Shown here one piece after another: positions 33,701-44,588 of a DNA stretch of 64,000 nucleotides (positions are counted from its first letter, which is position 1; the number at the start of each line of letters is the position of its first letter). The stretch lies in contig KV454013.1 in NCBI GenBank assembly GCA_001661245.1, positions 1,086,502-1,150,501 on the forward strand. Direction: 5' to 3'. This DNA is from Pachysolen tannophilus NRRL Y-2460. Lineage: Eukaryota. The notes below the pieces were generated by a model. It searched no databases and was not told where the DNA came from. It was given only the letters and a program-made list of their open reading frames with translations. Made by a program: the position numbers and the translations under genes.

Positions 33701-34534
33701 CTCTTGTAACATTATAATGATCAATTTTTGTAAATCCTGTGTATAAACCGGAGTTTGTGGAAATTGAAATGCAGCATGTAAAATTGCCAACTCACCTGTA
33801 TGTTCAAAAGGTGTGGTATAATAGCAAAGTTTATAAAGGAAGACACCCAAAGCCCAAATATCTGATTTTTCATTTATTGGTAATCCCCTATATAAATCAA
33901 CCATCTCTGGAGATCTATATTGTGGAGTAGTTTGGTGCAAGACATCGTTATGCAAAAATTGGAATTCCTGTTGTGTCTTTGGAGGTCTTAACAGGTAAGT
34001 GGTTGATCCAAAATCACAAAGTTTGAAATCGTTATGACTATCAATTAATACATTTTCAATTTTAATATCCCTATGAATCAACTTCATCTTATGCATCGAC
34101 GCCACAGCTTTAGAAATATCCAACATAATCCCCAAGATCTCCTTCTCGGTCAATTTAGTAGTAATGCGCAGATTCATATAATCCAATAATGATTTATTCG
34201 GACATAACTCCATTAAAACCAATACCTCATATCCCGAATCCAATCTAGATGCATTTGAATCAAAATACTTGACAATGTTATCACCTTCAGCCAATTTCTG
34301 CATAACTTCAACTTCCGATCTCAACTGATTCAACCCCAGCTTATTGGGGACAATAACTCTTTTCAAACATGCGATAGTATCCAAATTCTCATCTCCTGTA
34401 TTATCTATCGAAGGGGATACTTTAACCGAATATATATGAGCAAATCCACCTTCCGACAAGTATTTTATTATCGTCGCTTTATGACAACCAACTTGTAACT
34501 CTGTCCCAGGTAAAAGCCTTTCCATATGATTCAT
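30722..34534 (-). CDS. AKL1: Ark1/Prk1-family Ser/Thr kinase, Akl1-like
   Basis: YLSEGGFAHIY, ACLKRV, IHRDIKIENVL, LCDFGS, TTPQYRSPEMVDLY; long Q-rich tail. Confidence 0.8.
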   Translation of the reverse strand: MNHMERLLPGTELQVGCHKATIIKYLSEGGFAHIYSVKVSPSIDNTGDENLDTIACLKRVIVPNKLGLNQLRSEVEVMQKLAEGDNIVKYFDSNASRLDSGYEVLVLMELCPNKSLLDYMNLRITTKLTEKEILGIMLDISKAVASMHKMKLIHRDIKIENVLIDSHNDFKLCDFGSTTYLLRPPKTQQEFQFLHNDVLHQTTPQYRSPEMVDLYRGLPINEKSDIWALGVFLYKLCYYTTPFEHTGELAILHAAFQFPQTPVYTQDLQKLIIIMLQENPDHRPNIVQVLYDIAKMIKLPEEEVAKIDDFYGLGEYKFPEIKYTPPEQFLVDLQSQKLQQLQKQNQPQEYYQQLSQQQKQEFYLHEYNPSQHTVHSISLEITNPPLQVSKSGSVEENASTLLNIERSSSTTTMLSSGRKSEKSIHMGSEHDDDDDFKEKVENKNEVYNDDDNDALENVEDIEERFPTLDKIPDTPKEQKLNVSQQQQLQQQPVVYTLTPKQVQELQYQQYQQKVYKQQQLQQLQHLQLQQQQLLYQQMLQVQQLQQQQRMQQHLQQFHQELQQPSAQVPSQTQPVIPVQFESSSSSLHPYLRRKSHSPFDTLLDISQSAQQQPSTVNANFIDDIIKSRKMNNNNSNNMAVALGNNNFDQDVSDQQTLTGESQHLQLVNDPQFSRRKLYNPFPPSNAVPQHSQPQSVIMDSSTSYLQQQPLQPLQLQQQQQQSGIHSHNLSRNSSTNAPTNPVQIQTNEGLKNPWGQFTVASNKVKSVSGTPEQSHRLELAKVDTNLNKNATPILQEKHSPAFVVPDSGSNKVNENKLSSSQDDDKEQKKNSDINVTTKELESDDISLISRDEETSDFVGGEDASEDDNRSELKVREMPILSGDTLLDNAFAKLNIKLSKNQTDSMKKDLLSSSENFNESDIKSFYQNNKSFNNGSQQKEQNVKKYVTDKELDQIGIPLTNMQREIIKKLPLSSTDLELQSVNFDEDFENDNYREHEEGNYGHDFYDDYEDEDEDELEEGNKSSIPKRLSSLKQKKKLLQQQKQKQKHQELLKQQQKQEQEQYSPFDSKPPKLPARRQSLKKSSSLKSSPRHSIESQRRSFDALDQRPIASTLQGPETMSVGAHIPAPVKAQSSAVAEAPAASQLQAQTQTQTQAQSQAQSQAQSQAQARAQEQVPAPAVPARRSFQLSRDNSARQPGTYSLSPQDLEQETMVFLSSDEEEDTTKKSSKDRQSRFSFNFKKIGHGSSRSRSRHGKHSHAPDSDFDNHSGDV

Positions 34535-35028
34535 TCTTTGCCCCCTTTAAATTATATATTCAAAACCCAAAAGGATTAAAAAAAACAATGTCTTAATTGT
34601 TATCTCTTTTTATCTTGTCTTGTCTTGTCTTGCCTTGTCTAATAATTATCTCTCAATGGCAAAAAAGAAAACCAACCCATACACATCAACAAGTGCAATT
34701 AAAACAACCAATGCAAGACAACAAAAAGAAAAAAATACCAGTTTATTAAGCAATTAGCAAAAGAAAATAACAATTTTGATATAAAACCACAATTTACAGT
34801 TAACACTTGTTTTCTCAATCAAAGGGTGTTTTAATAATGATTTAATTACTTATTACTATTAATATTATTATTATTACAATAGTGATTTTATCTATCTCTA
34901 CACATTAAATACTTTTATTTTTTTCACTACTTCTCTATAACCAGCCAAATACTATGATACGAGGAGGATTCTAGCGGTTCTAACGGTTCTAGTGGTTCTC
35001 GCCTCTAGATAGTTTGGAATTTGTAGTA

Positions 35029-36834
35029 TCAATCATCTAGTTCTTCTTCTAACAATTTTGCCATTTCTTCTAATCCAAATGGGACGTAGACAATTTCTGT
35101 ACCACTTCCATCTTTTACAAGATTACACATTTTGTGTTCGACAAATTCTCCCAAGACGGTTCTAAAACTGATTTCGTTACTTGCGATGAATTCCTCGAGA
35201 CATAAGTTGAATAGGTGTTTGAACTCTAGTCCATGTTTGATGTTTCCTACTAGAGATTGTCTTAATTGTGGGTTTGAGATGATTTCAGAGTCGTCTTCCA
35301 TGTTTTGTAGTTGATTTGAAATCAAGACTCTATATAATGATCTTGCATTTGATGTTAATGAGGTCAACACGTATTTTGCACCTTTTGAACCAACAAAATC
35401 GTTGGATTGGCCCAATGAAAGGATATCTTTAAAAGAAAGTTCAACGTTATAGTTTTCAAACGTAGTAAGATCGTGCCATACAAAATTGAATTCCGACATT
35501 TTGGAAGAATCCCACATGATGGGAGTATTTATATGATCCAAAGTTGAAATAAACCATAATTCATTAATAGTTGATAATTTGGATAAGATATATTGTGTTC
35601 GATCATCTCTAAGGGATTCACCATCAATATTATGAATTAATAATATTAATTTAGGTAATTTTTTAAAATTTAAAAAATTATGTTGTTGTTGTTTCTTATT
35701 CTTATCCAATTTCTTTTTAGTATGGAAATATTTTAAAATTGCAGAGATTAATTCTTGTGGTTGTCTTGGTAATTTCAATTTTTTATAATTGGGTATTAAT
35801 ATTGGTATTATAATATCCAAAATTTCTTTTAAAGATGTATCTGGGTTATAACCATTAACAACAACAGCTTTTGGTTTAATCTTAATAAATTCAAACTTAT
35901 TGGAAATTAAAAATTCTTTAACAAATTCTAATATTATTTCACGTTTAGAACCAACCCCATAAAAACCTAAACTAAAACCTTGCATTAATTCAAAATACCA
36001 CTGTGTAAACATTGATCTATGTAAATTAATTAAATTCTCTCTTTCATTATGAAAAAACAATTTATTCAACTTTGATAACATTAAAAAATCATGATACTCT
36101 AATTTTGGTGCTTTCACCATTGTATTACCAGAAATATTGGATTTTCTTTTCCTATTAGCATTATTATGTTGTTCAAAAAAACCTTCAAACCCATCTGTAA
36201 ATAAAGATTTACCATCATCCTTCTCTAATAACAAACTATCAAAATCATTTTTCTTAGGAATTGGTGTAGGAATAAATTTTTTCCTTTTCGAAGGAGATAA
36301 TTCAACTTCAATCTCTAATAATTTGTCTCTAACAGTTGGCATTTCATCAACTTCTGAATTCTCATCTGAATCACTCTCTCTCAATATAGGTGTTAATCCA
36401 TCTTTCTTAGAAGCTTCAATAATCTTATCAGCCAAAGATTTCTCATTTTCAGTCAATAAACCGTTAATATCATTATCATCTGATACCCCCATCAATTCAG
36501 AGAAAAGTGACCTTGTAGCTCTCTTCCTAGCACTTTGATCCAATTCAGTATACGATCTCTTCAAAGGTGAAGGAATCCCAGATCTACCATTCGGCGTCTT
36601 CAGCGGCGACAGCGATGCCAGTAACAACAACCTATCCTTATTAATCATCTTAATGATTCCTCTCTTATTCGGTGATATACTATGTGAAGGTGAACCTCCT
36701 CGCCCTGAACGTCCATTCCGTGATCTCTTACTTGGTGACAATATATTAATTATACCAGCTCTTTCTTTAGAACGCGAAGTGAATATCTCCTCATCGCTAT
36801 ATTTCGCCTGCTCCTTACCTTGCTCTTTAGACAT
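35029..36834 (-). CDS. ORC2: Origin recognition complex subunit 2
   Basis: QWYFELMQGFSLGFYGVGSKR, VVVNGYNP, IHNIDG, DHINTPIMWD, EFVEHKM. Confidence 0.93.
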   Translation of the reverse strand: MSKEQGKEQAKYSDEEIFTSRSKERAGIINILSPSKRSRNGRSGRGGSPSHSISPNKRGIIKMINKDRLLLLASLSPLKTPNGRSGIPSPLKRSYTELDQSARKRATRSLFSELMGVSDDNDINGLLTENEKSLADKIIEASKKDGLTPILRESDSDENSEVDEMPTVRDKLLEIEVELSPSKRKKFIPTPIPKKNDFDSLLLEKDDGKSLFTDGFEGFFEQHNNANRKRKSNISGNTMVKAPKLEYHDFLMLSKLNKLFFHNERENLINLHRSMFTQWYFELMQGFSLGFYGVGSKREIILEFVKEFLISNKFEFIKIKPKAVVVNGYNPDTSLKEILDIIIPILIPNYKKLKLPRQPQELISAILKYFHTKKKLDKNKKQQQHNFLNFKKLPKLILLIHNIDGESLRDDRTQYILSKLSTINELWFISTLDHINTPIMWDSSKMSEFNFVWHDLTTFENYNVELSFKDILSLGQSNDFVGSKGAKYVLTSLTSNARSLYRVLISNQLQNMEDDSEIISNPQLRQSLVGNIKHGLEFKHLFNLCLEEFIASNEISFRTVLGEFVEHKMCNLVKDGSGTEIVYVPFGLEEMAKLLEEELDD

Positions 36835-37111
36835 CTTTTAACTGTTTTGCAACTACACATTCACACACTCTATCTATCTCTATCTCTACCTCTAACTCTT
36901 TATCTGTATCTTGTAGCTTTACCTGACTTTATTATTAATTGCAATTTGATATTGATTTAAACATGTACAAACCTTCTTCCTTATTTATTGCACCAAAAAA
37001 AAAAAAGATAAAAAAAAAAAAAATTTCAAAAACTTTTCAAATTTTCATAAATTCATCAAAAATTATTGAATCGAAGCTACAAGAGCTGAAGACTATCTAG
37101 GATATAAGATA

Positions 37112-37509
37112 ATGTTGACATTCTGTCCATATTGCTCTAATATGTTGGTGGTAAGTTTGAGGTTCTTTTTTTTTTTTCATGTTTAAGTTGTTGAATACTA
37201 ACTTTGATATAGATCAACAAGACAGATGATAATTCGAATAGGTTTGATTGTCCAACATGTCCATATGAGTTTCCGATAGTTGGTTTACAGATGTTTGACA
37301 GGAAGGAATTAGAACGGAAACAGGTGGACGATGTGCTTGGAGGGGAAGGAGCATGGGATAATGTTGATCAAACTGCAGCTCAGTGTCCAGTTGATAGTTG
37401 TGGTGGAGACAAGGCATATTTCTTTCAATTACAAATTAGATCTGCTGATGAGCCAATGACTACTTTCTACAAGTGTTGCAAATGTGGGCATCAATGGAGA
37501 GAAAACTAG
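37112..37509 (+). CDS. RPC11: RNA polymerase III subunit C11; exons 37112-37150 and 37213-37509
   Basis: MLTFCPYCSNMLV / INK...CPTCPYEF...QLQIRSADEPMTTFYKCCKCGHQWREN. The 62-nt intron has GTAAGT, TACTAAC and TAG. Confidence 0.95.
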
Positions 37510-37636
37510 AAAGGGGAACCTGTTATTTATTTACTGTAATATTAGGAGTGTGTTTTTTTTTTTTGGATTTTGTATTTTGTATTTTGTTACTTTATATTTT
37601 GTTTTAATTACTATACGTTTGAATAAATATAATTAT

Positions 37637-39402
37637 TTACTCTTCTATATTAGATTCTTTCTTTTCATTTGGAATTTCAAATTCTTTAAGTTCATCTTTT
37701 GTTAATTTTTCAATTCCTTTTGCGGTTAAGAAACTAAAAATTTGATGATCACCATTAAATCCATCAATAAATGCAAAAAACCCATAAAAGACATTTTCCT
37801 GTGATTCTTCTTTATAAATTTTATCATATATATATTTCATTTTAAAATCTTGCATTTCCTTTTCATATTTGGTGAATTCTATAGGATTATAACCAAAACT
37901 TTCTAATTTCGAATTATAACCTTCATATACAGGTTGTTCTAATAATAAACCTAAAGCAGGAGCTTTTGGAATATTAATTTTATCTGGACCAAATGCTTGT
38001 GAGATTCTATCTAATGGGCATCCACAACGAACAACCAATGTTGCCATTGCAATCATTTTTCTAATTTGATGTAACATAAAAGATTGACCATGAATTTTAA
38101 TTGAACACCATTCTGTTCCTTCAATAACAAAAGGATCTGATACAGTAATGGATTTCATATATCTGTTACTACTTGGATCTTTAAAATGTTTTCCCAAGGT
38201 ATAATTATGGAAATTATGATGACCAATATATTGTTGCATTGCATCTCTAAGTAATTGTAAACGTTCTTGACTAATTCTATAAGATCTTCTAAATTCATTA
38301 TCCAATTTTTTAATTCTTTTAATTAATTTTGAAGTTTCTGTTTCAATCTTTGTATCTTCTTGATTATTAATTAATCCATTTAATGCAATTTCAATTTGTT
38401 CATCAGATATTGAATTTTCACGTAAATTAGTATATACTGAATCCCACCATTCTTGTCCCTCTTTATCATCTCTTGCCACTCCAGGAAATTGGATTTTTGC
38501 TTCAGTAACTTGTTTCCCCAAAGGTGAAGTAGGTTTTGGAGGTAAGAGTGAATAAGTTGGAAGTAAATATTCATAAATTCTTGAAGAACACATCTTTCTA
38601 CAATCAAAAGTTTTATTAACTCTTTCCATACCCCAAACTCTAATCTGATCTGGTAAATGACTATTAATCTTGGATAATACTTCAGGATCTTCAATTATCA
38701 TCTTAAGTGAAATAACATTTCCAGAAGCATGAACACCTTTATCAGTTCTTGCAGCTCTTTGGAAACTTGATTTTTTCAAATCATTTGAATTATCTCTTGA
38801 TATTGCTCCTGATTTCACAAAAGCATCAAACAAATCACCTTCAATAGTCTTATGAGGAGGATTCAACTGCATACCATGATACCCAGTTCCGCAATATCCA
38901 ATCAAACATGCAATTTTTTTCTTTGGTTTCCTCTCTTCTCTTGGCAATGGATTCCCATTTTCGTCTAATATACGACTAAATAAAATAAAAAATATATAAA
39001 AAATATATAAATTGTTAGTATCTTTCAACGCTATCCATGGTAATATCAGAAAAAAGGAAATCAGCAAATAAATTAAAAAAAAATACAGCCCCACAAATCC
39101 ACAAACCAATTCAACAGGTTATAAAATATGCTTTTTTTCCTTTCCTCTTTATTGTAAAAACATACCCACGAGTCCGTTCTCTCACGCCATTCTTTTTCGT
39201 CATCCCTATCTCGCTTCTGTTTTTTCTTTGGTTGGTATACGTAATCATCATTGTTTCTATCATTTTTCTTTTGTAAACCAATTGAATCAACTGGCTTTTC
39301 TGTAATTGAAGATGAAGTTGAATTTTCAATTTCTGGAGAAACTTGGGAACCATTTTTTTGCTCAAAAACTGTCTCCTCCAAAACTTTTTCTCCTTGTACC
39401 AT
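37637..39402 (-). CDS. PUS1: tRNA pseudouridine synthase Pus1; exon 1 about 39402-39166, exon 2 38975-37637
   Basis: GYCGTGYHGMQ, RAARTDKGVHA, GQSFMLHQIRKM. The intron has GTATGT (39165), TACTAAC (39020-39014) and TAG (38976). Exon phases disagree by 1 nt (see findings). Confidence 0.88.
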
Positions 39403-39594
39403 CTCTCAAAAGAAACCAATATCAAAAAAAACTACCAATCAAGTAACTCTCTCTCTCTCTCTTAAAACGATAAACTCCTCTAAACCTCTCCAATAATTAG
39501 GTATCCTAAAGGTATTTTATCTTATTATATCCATCTAACAAACTAACTAACTAACTAATCTTTAGTACCGCTTTTTTTTGGGTTTTTTCATGTG

Positions 39595-39631
<37 letters not shown>

Positions 39632-39832
39632 TTCTTGAAAATTTCCTTTTTGGGAACTTATTTCTATATTTGATTGTTGCGTCCCAATTTGGAAGTTCAA
39701 AGTTTTGTGTTTCCTTTTTAAGAACTAATTTCCTTATTTGATTTTTGTTTCCTAATTTAGAAGTTAAAGTTTTGGAAATTTTTCTTTTTTCCTTTTTGGG
39801 CAAAAGGTGCGAAAATTTCCTAATTTGGACGT

Positions 39833-39868
39833 GCTCATCTCTTTTCTCAATAGTAAAAAAATTTTTCA
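39833..39868. promoter_or_regulatory. PAC (GCTCATC) and RRPE (AAAAATTTTTCA) motifs in the divergent PUS1/NIP7 promoter
   Basis: Consensus matches upstream of ribosome biogenesis genes. Similar motifs at 22927-22937 (GCN20), 26012-26029 (DIS3) and 63104-63159 (PUS4). Confidence 0.6.
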
Positions 39869-40032
39869 CTTTCTTTTCCTGGGCCTATCTATCTATCTAT
39901 CTATCTATCAGAAAGATAGAACTTGTTAAAAAAGAAGGTTAAGCTGATAATCTGAAACTAGAAGAATAATCTAGTGTTTTTAGCTTGTTGTGTTGTTTCT
40001 TTTCTTTTTTTTTTTGAAAATTAGTTGTTATC

Positions 40033-40578
40033 ATGAGACCATTAACGGAAGAAGAGACAAAAGTTGTTTTTGAAAAACTTGCAAATTACATAGGTAGAAA
40101 TATTGCATTTTTGATAGATAATAAAGAAGATCCACATGTATTTAGATTACAAAAAGATCGAGTTTATTATGTTTCTGAGAGGATATCTAAGTTTGCTACA
40201 TCTGTATCTAGACCAAATTTGATGTCTTTAGGAATTTGTTTTGGTAAATTTACCAAAACTGGGAAATTTAGATTACATATAACTTCTTTAGAATATCTTT
40301 CTAAATATGCCAAATATAAAGTTTGGATTAAACCAAATGGTGAAATGCCATTTTTGTATGGCAATCATGTATTAAAAGCACATATTGGTAAGATGAGTGA
40401 TGATATTCCAGAACATGCTGGTGTGGTGGTTCTTTCAATGAGTGATATTCCATTAGGTTTTGGAGTAAGTGCAAAATCTACAAATGAAGCTAGAAATTTA
40501 CAACCAAATGGAATTGTTGCCTTTAGACAAGGTGATATTGGAGAATATTTAAGAGAAGAAGATACTTTATTCACATAA
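40033..40578 (+). CDS. NIP7: 60S biogenesis factor Nip7
   Basis: [21 protein letters not shown]...[11 protein letters not shown]. Confidence 0.96.
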   Translation: MRPLTEEETKVVFEKLANYIGRNIAFLIDNKEDPHVFRLQKDRVYYVSERISKFATSVSRPNLMSLGICFGKFTKTGKFRLHITSLEYLSKYAKYKVWIKPNGEMPFLYGNHVLKAHIGKMSDDIPEHAGVVVLSMSDIPLGFGVSAKSTNEARNLQPNGIVAFRQGDIGEYLREEDTLFT

Positions 40579-40666
40579 GATGTATAGTTAGATAGATAGA
40601 TAAAAAGAAGCTTTGTGGAATTGAAAAAAAAAAATTTTAAAGTAAAAATTATAAAATGATTTGCTT

Positions 40667-42673
40667 TTAACGACGGCCTTTCTTTTTATTTTTCTTATTA
40701 CCTCCTTTCTTGCTTGTATTAACAGATGAACTGCTTGGATTTGCATTATTGTTATTTGCAATGTTAATCTCTGTAGTAGCATCTGCAGTACCACCTTGAG
40801 TAAGATTTTTTTTACCTCTTTTAGGTTTATAAGTACTTCTATCTTTTAAAGGTAACCATCTTTCAGGATCTGAAATCTTATTAACTAAATGATCTGGGAT
40901 TTTTTTATTTCTTTTTCTTTTTTTAATATTTGAATTAACAGATGGTAAAGAACGTTTTGGTAATGTTGTATTTGTTGAATCAACAATCGCTTCAGAATTA
41001 AGTAACTCATCAACATCTATATTACTCGTAAGTTCATCAATTGGTTTTAAAATTGAATCAAGATTATCATTAGTACCATTCAAAATTACTGAAATTAATT
41101 TATTATTTGGATTTGCATCATGTAATTTTTGGAAAATCCTATTATAAAAATTAGCATGATTATTGGTTGATAAAATTCTAAAACCTAAATCTTCAATAAT
41201 TTTATAATTATTTTCTAATGAAATATCAACTAATTTTAAAAAATCTTGTTCTTCTAAAATTTTTAAAAAGTTAGATAAATTTCTATCCATTTTTTCAAAA
41301 ATTGAAAGTAATAACAAGGCCAAATTAGGATGTTGAACTAATAATAAATCATTTTCTTTAAATAAACTTTCCAATATTAATAAACTATTGTTATAATTGT
41401 TTATACTATTATTATATTGAATGGCAATCAAAGATAAAGCTAAGTTATTTTTTAATTTAATAGCCAATCTAAATAACTTGGAAGCTATTGATTTCACATC
41501 TTCTTCTTCATCATCTTCTTCTTCTTGTTCAAATATATCAATTTGATATTTATACAAGATGGATAAAGCTGATGGTAATAAAGAATTATTAAAATTATGC
41601 TCATATGAATCTAATTTTTTCTTTTTTATATCCTTACCAATCTTATAAGATAATAAAATTTCATTTTTATCCAACTTATAAGTTTGAGATAAAGTTAATT
41701 TATTAGAAATATTATTGAGTATTGAAGGAAATTGTAAATTCTTATAAATTAAATTTGGATTTATCTTTTCATCTTGTAAATATTTGATATAGTATAAATT
41801 ATTCAAAATTATCAATTTTAAAGCCTTATCTTCATTATAATTATTCAGTTCTATTTCTTGCAATAATTCTTTCAAAAAAGACTCACCAGTGGCAATATTG
41901 TTTTTTTTCAAATAACAATAACTTATTTGTAAAATTATTGGTGATAATTCTTGAAATTTATCTTTACTAGAATAGTTTTTAACACTTAATTCACAAATTT
42001 CTTTAGCTTTTAATAAATCTTCAATTGCCCTCTCATAATTCCCTAGTCCAATTTCTATTAAAGCATTGTTAAACAACAAATCGTACGAGCTATCAACGTC
42101 TGAAGAGATTGGATTAGAATCTTTAATTGCAATCAGATCGTCTCTCAATAACAACGATTGAGCAATAACAGCTCTCTCATTTACACTTAAATCCAAAATC
42201 TCAAACGATGAAGACAGCGACTGTGATGACAGCGACTGCTGCTGCTGCTGCTGCTGCAGTGACTTGCCACTACTGGAAATCAAATCACGGTATATCTTCA
42301 ATGCCTTCTTATTATCACCAATCTTATAAGATTCCTGTGCTTGTAAATGTAACAACGCTACTTCATTGTTGAATCTATCTTCATTGGCCTGAAATAGAAC
42401 ACCTAATAAATCATGCTTGTTCAATTTGTAATAAATATAAGCTTTTTCCAATAACAATGATGGAGACTCAACTGACTCATGAGTACTTAAAAGCTTGAAT
42501 GCCGCTTGATACTTATCCAAATTAATCAACGATACAAGACAAGTCTTTAATACTTGAACATTTCCTGGCTGTTTTTGCAAGATTTTCAACGAATAATCAT
42601 ATACCCGTTGATGCTCTTCATTCCTAGAGTGCACTTCCAATTGCTGGAATAGATCTGCAAGAGATGGTGCCAT
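40667..42673 (-). CDS. SRP72: Signal recognition particle subunit Srp72
   Basis: TPR N-terminus (LEKAYIYYKLN) and the RNA-binding motif DPERWLPLKDRSTYKP, then TQGG. Confidence 0.92.
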   Translation of the reverse strand: MAPSLADLFQQLEVHSRNEEHQRVYDYSLKILQKQPGNVQVLKTCLVSLINLDKYQAAFKLLSTHESVESPSLLLEKAYIYYKLNKHDLLGVLFQANEDRFNNEVALLHLQAQESYKIGDNKKALKIYRDLISSSGKSLQQQQQQQSLSSQSLSSSFEILDLSVNERAVIAQSLLLRDDLIAIKDSNPISSDVDSSYDLLFNNALIEIGLGNYERAIEDLLKAKEICELSVKNYSSKDKFQELSPIILQISYCYLKKNNIATGESFLKELLQEIELNNYNEDKALKLIILNNLYYIKYLQDEKINPNLIYKNLQFPSILNNISNKLTLSQTYKLDKNEILLSYKIGKDIKKKKLDSYEHNFNNSLLPSALSILYKYQIDIFEQEEEDDEEEDVKSIASKLFRLAIKLKNNLALSLIAIQYNNSINNYNNSLLILESLFKENDLLLVQHPNLALLLLSIFEKMDRNLSNFLKILEEQDFLKLVDISLENNYKIIEDLGFRILSTNNHANFYNRIFQKLHDANPNNKLISVILNGTNDNLDSILKPIDELTSNIDVDELLNSEAIVDSTNTTLPKRSLPSVNSNIKKRKRNKKIPDHLVNKISDPERWLPLKDRSTYKPKRGKKNLTQGGTADATTEINIANNNNANPSSSSVNTSKKGGNKKNKKKGRR

Positions 42674-42877
42674 CCTCAAGTCGTAATTCTTCAGTTTAAT
42701 CTATATAATTTTGATGATTTTTGTCAATTTTTCATCGATTTTTTTTTGTTGTTGATGAAAAAAACAAAAAAAAATTTTTTTTTTTGGTTTAAATTTTGAC
42801 CATTTTGATAACACAATTATTGCAACAGTAATCGGTGGTAATCGGTGACGATAAGGTGACGATAAGGTGTGAGATTG

Positions 42878-44470
42878 ATGGATAGGATGGTCAAAGTGAT
42901 ACTGTGTAGAAGAAGTAATGGACTAGTGTCTGTGTTATGGTTTTTGAAGAGTGATTTTGTTGGTTCGAGTGGTTGTTTTAGCCGAAGTTATTCTACTAGA
43001 AATAAGAAGCTTGAAGTGCCCTCATCACGGCCTTCAGTTACTACTCCGTATAAGTTTGGTAGTTACCAATCGTTGAAGTTACCGGATGAAAAGAAGATTC
43101 AAGGATTGCATAAGTTGACTACTCAGATTAATGATTTTAATAGTTTAAAACTAATGCCCGAGATTAGGAATGCTTTAATTAATGAGATCAAGTATTCTAC
43201 AGTTTTAAGAAACCAGAATTTTATAAGTAATACTAAAAAAATTAAGAATGAATCTGAGTTAAATGGTTTGATTATAAGACCAACTCCAATTCAAATTGCA
43301 GCTATTAAATGTATACAAAATAAGAGGAAAATTCTGGCGGATTGTAAAGTTTTCACACTTGCAGCAGAAACTGGATCAGGTAAGACTTGGGCATACCTTG
43401 CACCATTAATGGATTGTTTAAAACAGCAAGAATATTCTGATGAATGGGTAGAGAAAAATTTGGGATCAAAGGCAATGATTAGATCAGTAATATTGTTGCC
43501 AACTCATGAATTAGTAGATCAGATTTGTGATCTTTTAAAGAACGTTGATAAAGAATTAAATTTAAAATTTTTTAAATGGGATACCAATTCGAATTTTAAA
43601 GAGTTTATGGAAGCTTATAAATCCCGGATTGATATCATGGTTACAACTCCTTCCAAGCTTTTGAGCTTAACTGGTTATGATGATATTGGGTCAGCTAGGG
43701 GTTTGTTTCATGGAGTAAAATTTTGTGCAGTTGATGAAGCTGATACTTTAATGGATAAATCTTGGGTCCAAGATACTCATAAAGTTATATCTTATATGCA
43801 AAGTTTAAATACTTTGGTTTTCGTATCAGCTACAATCCCATCTGATTTTAACAAGACGATGGAAAGGCTTTTTCCAGAAGCGATTCCAATTACAACACCT
43901 TCATTGCATCGGTTACCAAAGGCAATTGATTTTAAATTAATTAATGCAAGCGTTTCTCCATATAAAGGTTCCAAGATTAAAGCACTTGCTCAAACTCTTT
44001 ATGCAATTCATTGTGATGGTACTGAACAAGGTTACGAGAAAAGAGTTTTAATTTTTGTAAATGAAAAAGAAGATGTAAAAAGTATTACTGGGAAGTTAAG
44101 ACATGTATATAATCATGAATGTTATTGTGTTAGTGGTGATGATGATATTGAAACAAGAAAGGAAAAAATTCAAAATTTTATCAATCCACCACAAATATTA
44201 CAGAATGATAAAAATGAATTTGAAGGAATAAAAACAGGGTTAAAAATATTGGTTTGTACTGACTTATTGGCTAGAGGTTTAAATTTTTCTGGTATTAGAA
44301 ATGTTATTTTGTATGATGTGCCAAAGACTTCAATTGATTTAGTTCATAGAGCAGGCAGAACAGGCAGAATGAACCAATCAGGAAGAGTGTTCATGATTGT
44401 TACCGATAAAGACAAATCACATGTTAAAGGATTACCAAAAGTCATTAGATACGGTAGGAAATTGGGTTAA
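42878..44470 (+). CDS. MRH4: Mitochondrial DEAD-box helicase Mrh4
   Basis: AAETGSGKTWAY, DEADTLMD, SAT, KALAQTLYAI, HRAGRTGRM. Confidence 0.88.
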   Translation: MDRMVKVILCRRSNGLVSVLWFLKSDFVGSSGCFSRSYSTRNKKLEVPSSRPSVTTPYKFGSYQSLKLPDEKKIQGLHKLTTQINDFNSLKLMPEIRNALINEIKYSTVLRNQNFISNTKKIKNESELNGLIIRPTPIQIAAIKCIQNKRKILADCKVFTLAAETGSGKTWAYLAPLMDCLKQQEYSDEWVEKNLGSKAMIRSVILLPTHELVDQICDLLKNVDKELNLKFFKWDTNSNFKEFMEAYKSRIDIMVTTPSKLLSLTGYDDIGSARGLFHGVKFCAVDEADTLMDKSWVQDTHKVISYMQSLNTLVFVSATIPSDFNKTMERLFPEAIPITTPSLHRLPKAIDFKLINASVSPYKGSKIKALAQTLYAIHCDGTEQGYEKRVLIFVNEKEDVKSITGKLRHVYNHECYCVSGDDDIETRKEKIQNFINPPQILQNDKNEFEGIKTGLKILVCTDLLARGLNFSGIRNVILYDVPKTSIDLVHRAGRTGRMNQSGRVFMIVTDKDKSHVKGLPKVIRYGRKLG

Positions 44471-44588
44471 TGAACAAGTTTGTATATATATGTATATATA
44501 ATATATTAAAAAAAGAAAAAAGCTAAAAAAAAAAAAAAAAAAAAAAAATAGAAACTGAAACTGAAAAAGAGCTATTGGGTATATAGAT

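Noticed and set aside
30691..33930. Multiple overlapping ORFs within AKL1
   Set aside because: Alternative-frame and antisense shadows of low-complexity Q/AQ-rich coding sequence.
34969..35008. 9-bp tandem repeat (TTCTAGCGG-like); similar short duplications at 42827-42868 and 10713-10747
   Set aside because: A few degenerate copies with no spacer structure; consistent with ordinary slippage and not CRISPR-like.
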